A stretch of DNA of 64,000 nt from Candidatus Shapirobacteria bacterium (GTDB lineage Bacteria > Patescibacteriota > Microgenomatia > UBA12405). The number at the start of each line of letters is the position of its first letter. Position 1 is the stretch's first letter. The notes beneath the pieces were generated by a model that was not told the DNA's origin, did not search any database, and saw only the letters and a program-made list of their open reading frames with translations. Location of the stretch: positions 81,838-145,837 of the forward strand of contig JBAZSP010000001.1 of NCBI GenBank assembly GCA_041663285.1. Reading direction: 5' to 3'. The position numbers were made by a program, and so were the translations under genes. Of the stretch, positions 49,351 to 57,251 are shown one piece after another.

Positions 49351-49403
49351 TTAAACATTAGAAATTTATTAGAAATTATAAATTTTAAATTAGAAATTAA
49401 ATA
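49351..49403. repeat. AT-rich 7-bp tandem repeats (TTAGAAA family)
   Basis: TTAAACA TTAGAAA ttta TTAGAAA TTATAAA TTTTAAA TTAGAAA TTAAATA. Confidence 0.7.
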
Positions 49404-49407
49404 AAAT

Positions 49408-51321
49408 ATGCCAAACAAAATTATCGGTATCGATCTGGGTACCACCAACTCCTGTGTTGCAGTTATGGAAGCCGGCCGGCCTAAAGTAATATTAACTTCC
49501 GAAGGCCGTAACGTCATCCCTTCTGTGGTCGAGCCAGTCAAAGGCCTGGTTGGTGATTTAGCTAAAAGGCAAATGGTTTTAAACCCGACCAATACAGTTT
49601 ATAGTGTTAAGCGCCTTATGGGGCGTCGTATTGATGACGCTGAAGTCAAAAAAACCCAAAAAATTTCCTCATACAAGATTGTTGCCGGCAAAGACAATAT
49701 GGCAGCTGTTGAAATCAATGGGAAAATTTTTACCCCTCAGGAAATTTCGGCCAAGATACTTCAAAAAGCCAAGGCCGACGCCGAAAGGTATTTAGGTGAA
49801 AAAATAACTGATGCCGTCATCACCGTCCCGGCCTACTTTGACGATTCCCAGCGTCAGGCCACCAAACAGGCTGGCGAAATCGCCGGTTTGACTGTAAAAA
49901 GAATTGTTAACGAGCCAACCGCCGCCTCATTGGCCTACGGCTTAGACAAAAAGAAGAAAGGAATTATTGCTGTCTATGACCTAGGTGGAGGTACCTTTGA
50001 CATCTCTGTCTTGGAAATCGGTGATGGTGTTTTCGAGGTTAAAGCCACCAACGGTGATACCTTTTTAGGTGGTGATGACTTTGATCAGCGCGTCAGCTCT
50101 TGGTTGCTTGAAAAGTTCCAAAAAGAAAATGGGGTTGATCTGACCAAGGATCCTCAAGCCCTCCAAAGAGTCCGTGAGGCCGCCGAAAAAGCCAAAATTG
50201 AGCTTTCCAATGCCGTCGAGTCCGAAATTAACCTACCCTTCATTACCCAAAAAGACGGCCAGCCTCTTCATTTAACCACCAAGTTAACTCGGGCTGAACT
50301 AGAAAAAATGGTCGACGACCTTATCCAAAGTACTATCGGGCCGGTCGAAAAATGTCTCAAAGACGCCGGTGTGTCCAAGTCCGAAATCTCTGACATAGTT
50401 ATGGTCGGCGGCATGACCCGTATGCCCAAAGTGCTGGAAGTGGTCAAAGAATTTTTTGGTAAGGAGCTAAATACTACCGTAAATCCGGACGAAGTAGTCG
50501 CCATCGGCGCTGCTGTCCAGGGGGCTGTCCTTACCGGTGAAGTTAAAGACATAGTTCTGCTTGATGTTACCCCCTTAACTCTCGGCATCGAAACGGCCGG
50601 TGGTATCAAAACGCCTTTAATTGATCGGAATACTACTGTTCCCACCAAAAAATCGCAAGTTTTTAGCACCTATTCCGACAATCAGCCTCAGGTAGAAATC
50701 AACATACTCCAGGGTGAACGTCCCATGGCCACCGACAACAAGTCGCTTGGCCGCTTTGTCCTCGACGGCATTCCCCCTTCCCCCCGCGGTATTCCCCAAA
50801 TCGAAGTCACCTTCGATATCGATAGTAATGGAATTTTAAATGTCACTGCCAAAGACAAAGGCACCAATAAAGAACAAAAAATATCTATCCAAAACGCCAC
50901 TAACCTGACCAAAGACGAAGTTGAAAAAATGAAGCAGGAGGCCGATGTCCATGCCCGGGAAGATCAGGAAAAGCACGATCTGGCCGAAAGTAAAAACAAG
51001 CTGGACGCGGTGATTTTTCAGGGTGAGAAGTCATTGAAGGAGTTCGGCTCTAAATTAAAAGCCGAAGATAAAGCCAAGGTTGAGGAAAAGCTTAAATCCA
51101 GCAAGGATGTCTTGACCAAGGCAGATGCCAAAAAAGACGATTTCGACAAGACCGCTGAAGAATTAACTCAAATTCTACAAACCATTGGCGCTGCGATGTA
51201 TCAGTCAGAGCCGCCCAAAACTGCAGAAGGCCAGCAAGGTCAGGAGCCACCCCAGCCGGAAGAAGGTAAAGACACCAAAAAATCCGACAAAGACGCCGAA
51301 GAAGGGGAGATTGTAAAATAA
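49408..51321 (+). CDS. dnaK: Chaperone DnaK
   Basis: [35 protein letters not shown]. Confidence 0.99.
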   Translation: MPNKIIGIDLGTTNSCVAVMEAGRPKVILTSEGRNVIPSVVEPVKGLVGDLAKRQMVLNPTNTVYSVKRLMGRRIDDAEVKKTQKISSYKIVAGKDNMAAVEINGKIFTPQEISAKILQKAKADAERYLGEKITDAVITVPAYFDDSQRQATKQAGEIAGLTVKRIVNEPTAASLAYGLDKKKKGIIAVYDLGGGTFDISVLEIGDGVFEVKATNGDTFLGGDDFDQRVSSWLLEKFQKENGVDLTKDPQALQRVREAAEKAKIELSNAVESEINLPFITQKDGQPLHLTTKLTRAELEKMVDDLIQSTIGPVEKCLKDAGVSKSEISDIVMVGGMTRMPKVLEVVKEFFGKELNTTVNPDEVVAIGAAVQGAVLTGEVKDIVLLDVTPLTLGIETAGGIKTPLIDRNTTVPTKKSQVFSTYSDNQPQVEINILQGERPMATDNKSLGRFVLDGIPPSPRGIPQIEVTFDIDSNGILNVTAKDKGTNKEQKISIQNATNLTKDEVEKMKQEADVHAREDQEKHDLAESKNKLDAVIFQGEKSLKEFGSKLKAEDKAKVEEKLKSSKDVLTKADAKKDDFDKTAEELTQILQTIGAAMYQSEPPKTAEGQQGQEPPQPEEGKDTKKSDKDAEEGEIVK

Positions 51322-51322
51322 A
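51296..51322 (+). repeat. 27-bp direct repeat, copy 1 (dnaK 3' end)
   Basis: CCGAAGAAGGGGAGATTGTAAAATAAA. Confidence 0.95.
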
Positions 51323-51345
51323 TATAATTAATTATTAAAACAAAG

Positions 51346-51798
51346 ATGAACAGAGCAGTCGAAAAAGATGCTGGATATTCTCCAGGCCCTTACTGGGAAG
51401 ATCTTGGCAGACTTAAACCGCAAGTTACAGATAGCATTAGAAAAATAAACCGAAATAAAATTAGCGATCCGGGTCTTTGCCCTACGGGATTATTTTATGA
51501 ACATGCCCAAGGAGAACAAGTCGATAGTACCGGACGTGCACTAGTTGCTGTTGCTCAAGGTGGTTTATTACATGCTGCTCTATCCGAAAGACTTCCCGTT
51601 GTTCGCCTGGCGGTTTTTCACTTGGCTGGGGTTGGTACTGATGAAAGGCATGTTACCTTGGTTACTTTCTACACTGATACTAATAACCCAGCTACTTTAA
51701 AAACGCTGCAACAAGAACTTAAGGGGGCAACCGGTACGGTGAACGCCCAAATCAAGAGTCTAGGTGGCAGTAAGTTAGTACCGTATCCTGGTAATTAA
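51346..51798 (+). CDS. Orphan hypothetical protein between the direct repeats
   Basis: 150-aa ATG ORF with no recognisable motif. Confidence 0.65.
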   Translation: MNRAVEKDAGYSPGPYWEDLGRLKPQVTDSIRKINRNKISDPGLCPTGLFYEHAQGEQVDSTGRALVAVAQGGLLHAALSERLPVVRLAVFHLAGVGTDERHVTLVTFYTDTNNPATLKTLQQELKGATGTVNAQIKSLGGSKLVPYPGN

Positions 51799-51838
51799 GA
51801 CAGTTAACTAACATATCATTTATACCTCATTCGACGTA

Positions 51839-51865
51839 CCGAAGAAGGGGAGATTGTAAAATAAA
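51839..51865 (+). repeat. 27-bp direct repeat, copy 2
   Basis: Identical CCGAAGAAGGGGAGATTGTAAAATAAA. Confidence 0.95.
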
Positions 51866-51872
51866 ACTTAAT

Positions 51873-51932
51873 GACGCATAATCATGTGTCTTTTTGTTAA
51901 GTTGTAGAGACGCCAGATCTGGCGTCTCTACA
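51873..51932. repeat. REP-like palindromes (GTAG type)
   Basis: Perfect 30-bp palindrome TGTAGAGACGCCAGATCTGGCGTCTCTACA at 51903-51932, and a degenerate GACGCAT-AATC-ATGTGTC followed by a T-run at 51873-51895. Confidence 0.75.
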
Positions 51933-51952
51933 GTATAGTTATATAAAAAAAT

Positions 51953-52822
51953 ATGAAACGTGATTTTTACGAAATCCTAGGTGTGGCCAAGTCGGCTTCC
52001 AAAGACGAGGTCAAGTCCGCCTATCGAAAAAAAGCCCTTGAGTGGCACCCAGACCGGAATAAATCTGCTGATGCCGAGGAAAAATTCAAAGAAATCAATG
52101 AGGCTTACGAGGTTCTTTCAAATGACCAAAAAAAATCAGCTTACGACCAGTATGGCCATGCTGCTTTCGATCCGGGCTCCGCTGGCCCTTTTGGCGGTCA
52201 CACTTACACCTCCCGAAACGGCTCTTCCAATTTTACCTGGACCAGTTCCGGTGGCCAGAATCCCTTTGGCGACGAAAACGGTTTCGATTTTGGTGGTTTC
52301 AGTAATCCCTTTGATATTTTTGAACAAATATTCGGCACCAGCTTTAACTCCTCCTCCCACCGTAGCCAACGCTTACCGACATACAAACTGCAGCTAAGCT
52401 TTTTGGAAGCCGCCAACGGCGTCGAAAAAGAGATAACTATTGAAGGCAGTCACAAAAAAATCAAAATTCCCGCCGGAGTTGACGATGGCCAAAGGATAAG
52501 GTTCTCCGATTTTATTCTCTACATCGACGTTATGCCCGACAATACCTTCAAGCGTGAAGGCAACGATGTTTTTGTTAATGTCGACATTACTGTTACCCAA
52601 GCCATTATGGGCAGTGAAATCGAAGTCCCCACCATTAGTCAACCGGTAAAAATCCGGGTTAAACCGGGCACTCAGCCAAACACCCTGGTTCGCCTTCGCC
52701 ATCAGGGAATAAAAGATGTTAATGGCTACGGGGTTGGTGATCTATATATCCGTTTGAGTGTGATTATCCCCGCCAAGCTCACCGCTCGGCAAAAAGAGCT
52801 TCTTAAAGAGTTGGGGATATAA
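51953..52822 (+). CDS. dnaJ: DnaJ-class chaperone lacking the zinc finger (class B/CbpA-like)
   Basis: J-domain with HPD, G/F-rich region and C-terminal domain; no CxxCxGxG repeats. Confidence 0.9.
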   Translation: MKRDFYEILGVAKSASKDEVKSAYRKKALEWHPDRNKSADAEEKFKEINEAYEVLSNDQKKSAYDQYGHAAFDPGSAGPFGGHTYTSRNGSSNFTWTSSGGQNPFGDENGFDFGGFSNPFDIFEQIFGTSFNSSSHRSQRLPTYKLQLSFLEAANGVEKEITIEGSHKKIKIPAGVDDGQRIRFSDFILYIDVMPDNTFKREGNDVFVNVDITVTQAIMGSEIEVPTISQPVKIRVKPGTQPNTLVRLRHQGIKDVNGYGVGDLYIRLSVIIPAKLTARQKELLKELGI

Positions 52823-53028
52823 TAACTCTCTGGAAAAACGCTCTCGTCGAAGGTCTGCACCAGATATACCACAAAACAGGCAAATAATGGTCAAAACCTA
52901 TTGCGTCCAGTCATCGGCCATCTGGCTTTAGAGTCTATCAATGAATCCGACTTAATTAACCAAAAACGGTCAACGTAAACTACTTCACCCGATTGCGGTA
53001 ATAAGTTTAACTTTAGCGGTCTTTTTTC

Positions 53029-53096
53029 TGTTATAATATTTGCGGAAATTAAATAGTGTTTTTGGAATGGGGCGAGCATCCGTCCCCATTTTTATT
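53029..53096 (+). promoter_or_regulatory. Extended -10 promoter and leader terminator/attenuator of nusA-infB
   Basis: TGtTATAAT at 53029-53037; hairpin AATGGGGCG-AGCATC-CGTCCCCATT followed by TTTATT. Confidence 0.7.
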
Positions 53097-53114
53097 AACA
53101 CCTAAAGGACAATT

Positions 53115-54107
53115 ATGGATCTAAAAAAATTACCGAAAACCGAATTCGCCGCCGCCGTGGCTCAAATTGCCGGCGAGCGCAATATTGACGTCCAATCAAT
53201 CCTGGATTCAATTGAGCTGGGTTTAATTTCGGCCTATAAACGCGATCAAAAAGAGCATGGAGTCACCATCCCTGAAGAAGATAATTTTACTGTTGAATTA
53301 ACCCCGGAAACCGGCTCTTTCAAAGTTTACCGCTTAGACGAAGACGGTAAAAAAACCGACGTTACTCCTCCAGGTTTTGGCCGGATTGCCGCTCAAACTG
53401 CTAAGCAGGTTATCGATCAAAAAATCCACGAAGCCGAAAAAGAAACTCTCATCTCTGATTATCGCAAAAGGCTGGGGACGCTTACTTCCGGCACCGTCCT
53501 TAAAGTTGATCCATACAAAATAACCGTTGGTATAGGCAAAACAGAAGGTGTGTGTCCCAAAGATGAGCAAATCAGGGGTGAAACCTTGATCTTAGGTGGA
53601 CGGAAACTTTTCTTAATCAAAACTATAGCCCAAGATGAGTTAGGCCGTTCCGATATTATTCTAAGCCGCCGGGACCCCGAGTTCATTAAGCAGCTTTTGG
53701 CTAGGGAAGTACCCGAAGTTGGTAACCATTCGGTAAACGTCGAAGTCATCGCTCGGACTGCCGGCGAGAGAACCAAAATTGCTGTCTCCTCCAGCCAGCC
53801 TGGCATTGATCCGGTCGGATCCTGTATCGGCCAAAAAGGTACCCGGATTCAATCTGTTTTAAACGAGCTGCCTCAAAGCGAAAAAGTAGACGTCGTTCCT
53901 TATTCTAAAAATCTTAATCAATTTATTGTTCAGGCCTTATCTCCGGCCAATAATGCTAAAGTTGTTGACATTGGTGATGGAGTTGCCACTGTTTCTGTCC
54001 CGGAAGATCAGTTAGCTCTGGCAATTGGTTCAGGCGGAGAAAATGTACGCTTGGCAGGGGAGCTGGTTGGTTTAGAGATAAAAGTGATCTCCGAAACCAA
54101 AAAATAA
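53115..54107 (+). CDS. nusA: Transcription factor NusA
   Basis: FGRIAAQTAKQVI, S1 domain, ARTAGERTKIAV, DPVGSCIG, LAIGSGGENVRLA. Confidence 0.97.
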   Translation: MDLKKLPKTEFAAAVAQIAGERNIDVQSILDSIELGLISAYKRDQKEHGVTIPEEDNFTVELTPETGSFKVYRLDEDGKKTDVTPPGFGRIAAQTAKQVIDQKIHEAEKETLISDYRKRLGTLTSGTVLKVDPYKITVGIGKTEGVCPKDEQIRGETLILGGRKLFLIKTIAQDELGRSDIILSRRDPEFIKQLLAREVPEVGNHSVNVEVIARTAGERTKIAVSSSQPGIDPVGSCIGQKGTRIQSVLNELPQSEKVDVVPYSKNLNQFIVQALSPANNAKVVDIGDGVATVSVPEDQLALAIGSGGENVRLAGELVGLEIKVISETKK

Positions 54108-54138
54108 ACCGGCATTAGTATTTTTTATACTCTATTAT

Positions 54139-55586
54139 ATGGCTAAATCGGATAAAAATATTACCTATCGCCCGCCCATAGTTACTATAATGGGGCATAT
54201 TGATCACGGCAAAACGACTCTTCTTGATAAAATCCGTAGTACTTCAGTCTGGGCCAAAGAAGCCGGCGGCATAACCCAGCATATCAGCGCCTACCAGGCA
54301 AAAGTGCAATTAGCTCAAGGCCAAACATCCGTCATCACCTTTATCGATACCCCTGGCCATGCCGCCTTTTGCCAAATGCGGACTCGCGGAGTTCAGGTAA
54401 CCGATATTGTAATTCTGGTTATTTCGGCCGTAGATGGAATAATGGCCCAAACCAAAGAATGTATCGATATTATCAAGAAAGCCAACCTGCCGTTTATCGT
54501 TGCCATTAACAAGATCGATCTTCCCGGTGCCAATTTGGATAAGGTAAAAGGCCAGCTGGTAGAGCTTGGGTTTACCCCCGAAGACTATGGCGGTCAATTA
54601 GCCTGTATTCCGGTTTCCGCCAAGACTGGCGAAGGCATCCCCAAACTTTTAGAGATGGTAATTTTAAATGCCGAACTTTTAGAGTTACAGCTTGAAGAAA
54701 ATGCTCCGTTTGAGGGGATAGTAATTGAGTCCCGGGTTGACAAAAACCGTGGTCCGGTAGCTGTCATGGTGGTTAAAAAGGGAATTATAAATATTGGCGA
54801 TACCATATTTTATGGTGAAGCGCCGGTAAAGATTAAAGCCATGATTGATTATCAAGGCCAGAACATTCCGTCCGCTGGCCCCAGTGTCCCCGTCGAAATT
54901 CTTGGATTTAGCCAGGCACCTCTGGCCGGTGGTTTGCTTACAGCTTCCCCGGTTGTACCGAACCCGGCTTTGTCCCTTTCTGTCACCTCTAAAGCCCATA
55001 CTCCCGGCCAGCCCCAACTCCCCATTATTTTAAAAGCTGATGTTGGGGTACCCTTGAAGCTATCCTCGGTTGCCTGCCCGACGATGTTCTAATTATCGCT
55101 TCCGGGATTGGGCCGGTTACTGATAACGACATTTTCTTAGCCCAAACATCCCAAGCCGAAATCTTTGCCTTCAATATATCGGTTCCCAAAAACGTCAAAA
55201 CTCTGGCCCAAAACAGCCAAGTGAAGATTTTTGATTCCAAGATTATTTATGAAATTATCGACAATATTCAGGGCCAAGTTTTAAAGCTTCTGGAGCCGAC
55301 TATCAACGAGACTGTTTTGGGTGAGGCGGGTATTAAAGCCGAATTTAAGATCGAAAAAAACCGGATTGCCGGGGTTCAGGTGACCAAAGGTGAGCTTGCC
55401 AAGGGTGACCAAGTTCATCTGCAGCGGGCTGGAAAAATAATCAAGGATACCCGGATTGAAGGTATCCACCAAGCCAAATCCGTTGTCGACAAGGTTAAGA
55501 TGGGGATGGACGGTGGTATGACTTTTAAGCCTTATGTTGATTTTAAAATTAATGATGTTATAATAGCCTATAAGAGTGACGATTAG
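54139..55586 (+). CDS. infB: Translation initiation factor IF-2 (short, no N-terminal domain), split by a 1-nt frameshift at ~55045-55048
   Basis: MGHIDHGKT, GGITQHI, DTPGH, NKID. After LKADV the conserved GTLEAI continues in the -1 frame and joins ORF 55221-55586. Confidence 0.93.
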
Positions 55587-55654
55587 TTATGAACAGGACC
55601 AACACTAGTCAACTTGAACCAAGTAAGGTTAGCCTGTTTGTAAATACTCAAAAT

Positions 55655-56452
55655 ATGAAAAATTATAATGTCGGTCAAATCAAAAACCTCTTAGGGAATG
55701 TCAAAACCGCACTGGTGGTAATTCCCCAAATGAGTGTTGATAGTATTGGCGCCGGACTAGCCTTAGCCTTAGCTTTAAAAAAGAAAAATATTGAGACTAA
55801 AGTATATTGCCCCCAAAAAACCGACAATAATTATTCTAAATTGAGTGGCTTGGAACTGCTCACCGATGTCGTCAGTGCCAATAATCTGACGGTTTCATTG
55901 AACTATCCCCTCGACCAGATTGAAGCTGTTTCCTATAACGACGATGGAGGCCGGTTAAATCTGGTTGTCAAAACCAAAACTAACTCGCCCAAAATCAACG
56001 AAGACCAAATTTCGGTAAATAACCAGTCGGCTTCAGCCGATCTCTGCTTTATGTTGGGTGACGAAACCGCCCTTGGTCCGTCTGCCAACATTACCGAAAA
56101 GGGTAACTGGATCTTCATTTCTCCGGTTAGCATCAACAAAGCCTGGGCCAAGACCAGCGTCATTGACCCCGATGCTCCTTTTTCCGAAATTTTTACTTTT
56201 CTTTTGCCCATGTCAGGCCTTCAGCTTGATCCTGATTCCGGCAAGAATTTACTTATCGGTCTACGGGTTGCCACCCAGTCTTTTTCGGTCAATGTCTCCC
56301 CGGAAACCTTTGAGGCCGGTGCCATCTGCTTACGGGCTACCCAGCCGGAAAATCCTCCGATTCCCGCCGAAGTCACTCCAATCGAAAGTGTCGAAAAATC
56401 CGGTTCTTTTGTACCAGGTTCCAACAAACCCAATCCCATGGGCGTAAATTAA
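55655..56452 (+). CDS. DHH/NrnA-like protein with degenerate catalytic motifs
   Basis: VDSIGAGLALALAL resembles the DHH family D.D.GS.LAL motif; no DHH tripeptide; located after infB; start could be 55589. Confidence 0.6.
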   Translation: MKNYNVGQIKNLLGNVKTALVVIPQMSVDSIGAGLALALALKKKNIETKVYCPQKTDNNYSKLSGLELLTDVVSANNLTVSLNYPLDQIEAVSYNDDGGRLNLVVKTKTNSPKINEDQISVNNQSASADLCFMLGDETALGPSANITEKGNWIFISPVSINKAWAKTSVIDPDAPFSEIFTFLLPMSGLQLDPDSGKNLLIGLRVATQSFSVNVSPETFEAGAICLRATQPENPPIPAEVTPIESVEKSGSFVPGSNKPNPMGVN

Positions 56453-56557
56453 GCCAGCAGGGTCGATGCTTTTCCTTACCAATCAGTTTGTTGCAGAAAA
56501 TTTGGGATTAAAAAATATTAATATTATTTTTATTATCAATTAATAAATAATTTCTAT

Positions 56558-56845
56558 ATGCCGCCCAGATATAATAGTGAGCAGCTCAGAAGGTTTTTAA
56601 CAGAAGCGCAGGTCCCCAAAGGTTGTAAATTAAAAAATCGTCCCCCAAGCAATCCCTCCTTTCAAGCCTATGGACGACGTGTTTTGGATATAGAAAACTT
56701 CGTTAGAGTTATCAAGGACACAGGAATCAGCGGAATACTAAATTGCCGAGGGCTATCTCCCCGTCAAGGTGGAGGATCTTGTGGTAGGTGTGACGTTAGA
56801 GATACCGGAGTGGTTGTAGACACGAACAAAGATAGTGATTTCTAG
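56558..56845 (+). CDS. Small Cys-containing orphan hypothetical protein
   Basis: 95-aa ATG ORF after a very AT-rich spacer; C...CGRC. Confidence 0.55.
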   Translation: MPPRYNSEQLRRFLTEAQVPKGCKLKNRPPSNPSFQAYGRRVLDIENFVRVIKDTGISGILNCRGLSPRQGGGSCGRCDVRDTGVVVDTNKDSDF

Positions 56846-56848
56846 TTA

Positions 56849-56927
56849 TGTTATAATCCTCTCACGCTCTTTTGCCGGTGTTTGGGTAGCCTTTCTCAAA
56901 CTTATTTTATTATTACCGGTATCAGCG
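56849..56927 (+). promoter_or_regulatory. rpsO promoter and structured 5' leader (candidate S15 autoregulatory RNA)
   Basis: TGtTATAAT at 56849-56857; nested pairings CGCT/AGCG, GCCGGT/ACCGGT and GTTTGGG/CTCAAAC. Confidence 0.6.
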
Positions 56928-56935
56928 ACTAATTT

Positions 56936-57205
56936 ATGGCATTAACTAAAGACGAAAAGCAGGAAATAATTACTAAGTTTGCTCAAGCCAAAGGCGATAC
57001 CGGTTCTCCCGAGATTCAGGTTGCGATTCTCTCCAAGGAAGTCGAAAAGCTCCAATCCCATCTTACCGACAACAAGCATGATTCTCCGGCCAAAAGGGGT
57101 ATTTTAAGTAAAATTGCCAAAAGACGCCGGCTTCTTCGCTATTTATCTGATCATAATCCGGACCGTTACTCCAAAATCATAAAGGATCTTGGTCTGAAAA
57201 AATAA
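56936..57205 (+). CDS. rpsO: 30S ribosomal protein S15
   Basis: DTGSPEIQVAIL, HL..NKHD, RRRLLRYL. Confidence 0.98.
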   Translation: MALTKDEKQEIITKFAQAKGDTGSPEIQVAILSKEVEKLQSHLTDNKHDSPAKRGILSKIAKRRRLLRYLSDHNPDRYSKIIKDLGLKK

Positions 57206-57251
57206 TGTTCGGGTTGTCTATAATCTATTAGTTTAATCGTTTTCTATTTTC

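Noticed and set aside
49299-49592. Antisense ORFs over dnaK (also 50268-50669 and others)
   Set aside because: Antisense open frames opposite dnaK are a well-known artefact, with no independent evidence here
52823-53079. ORF 52891-53079(-) and a start-less + frame ending at 52978
   Set aside because: The - ORF overlaps the nusA promoter and leader; the + frame has no start or recognisable motif and is at most a gene remnant
55029-55040. Slippery heptamer T TTA AAA just upstream of the infB frameshift
   Set aside because: A -1 slip here reads TTT AAA AGC TGA and stops at once, so it cannot restore IF2; TGA is used as a stop elsewhere in the window (map, gatC, rmuC)
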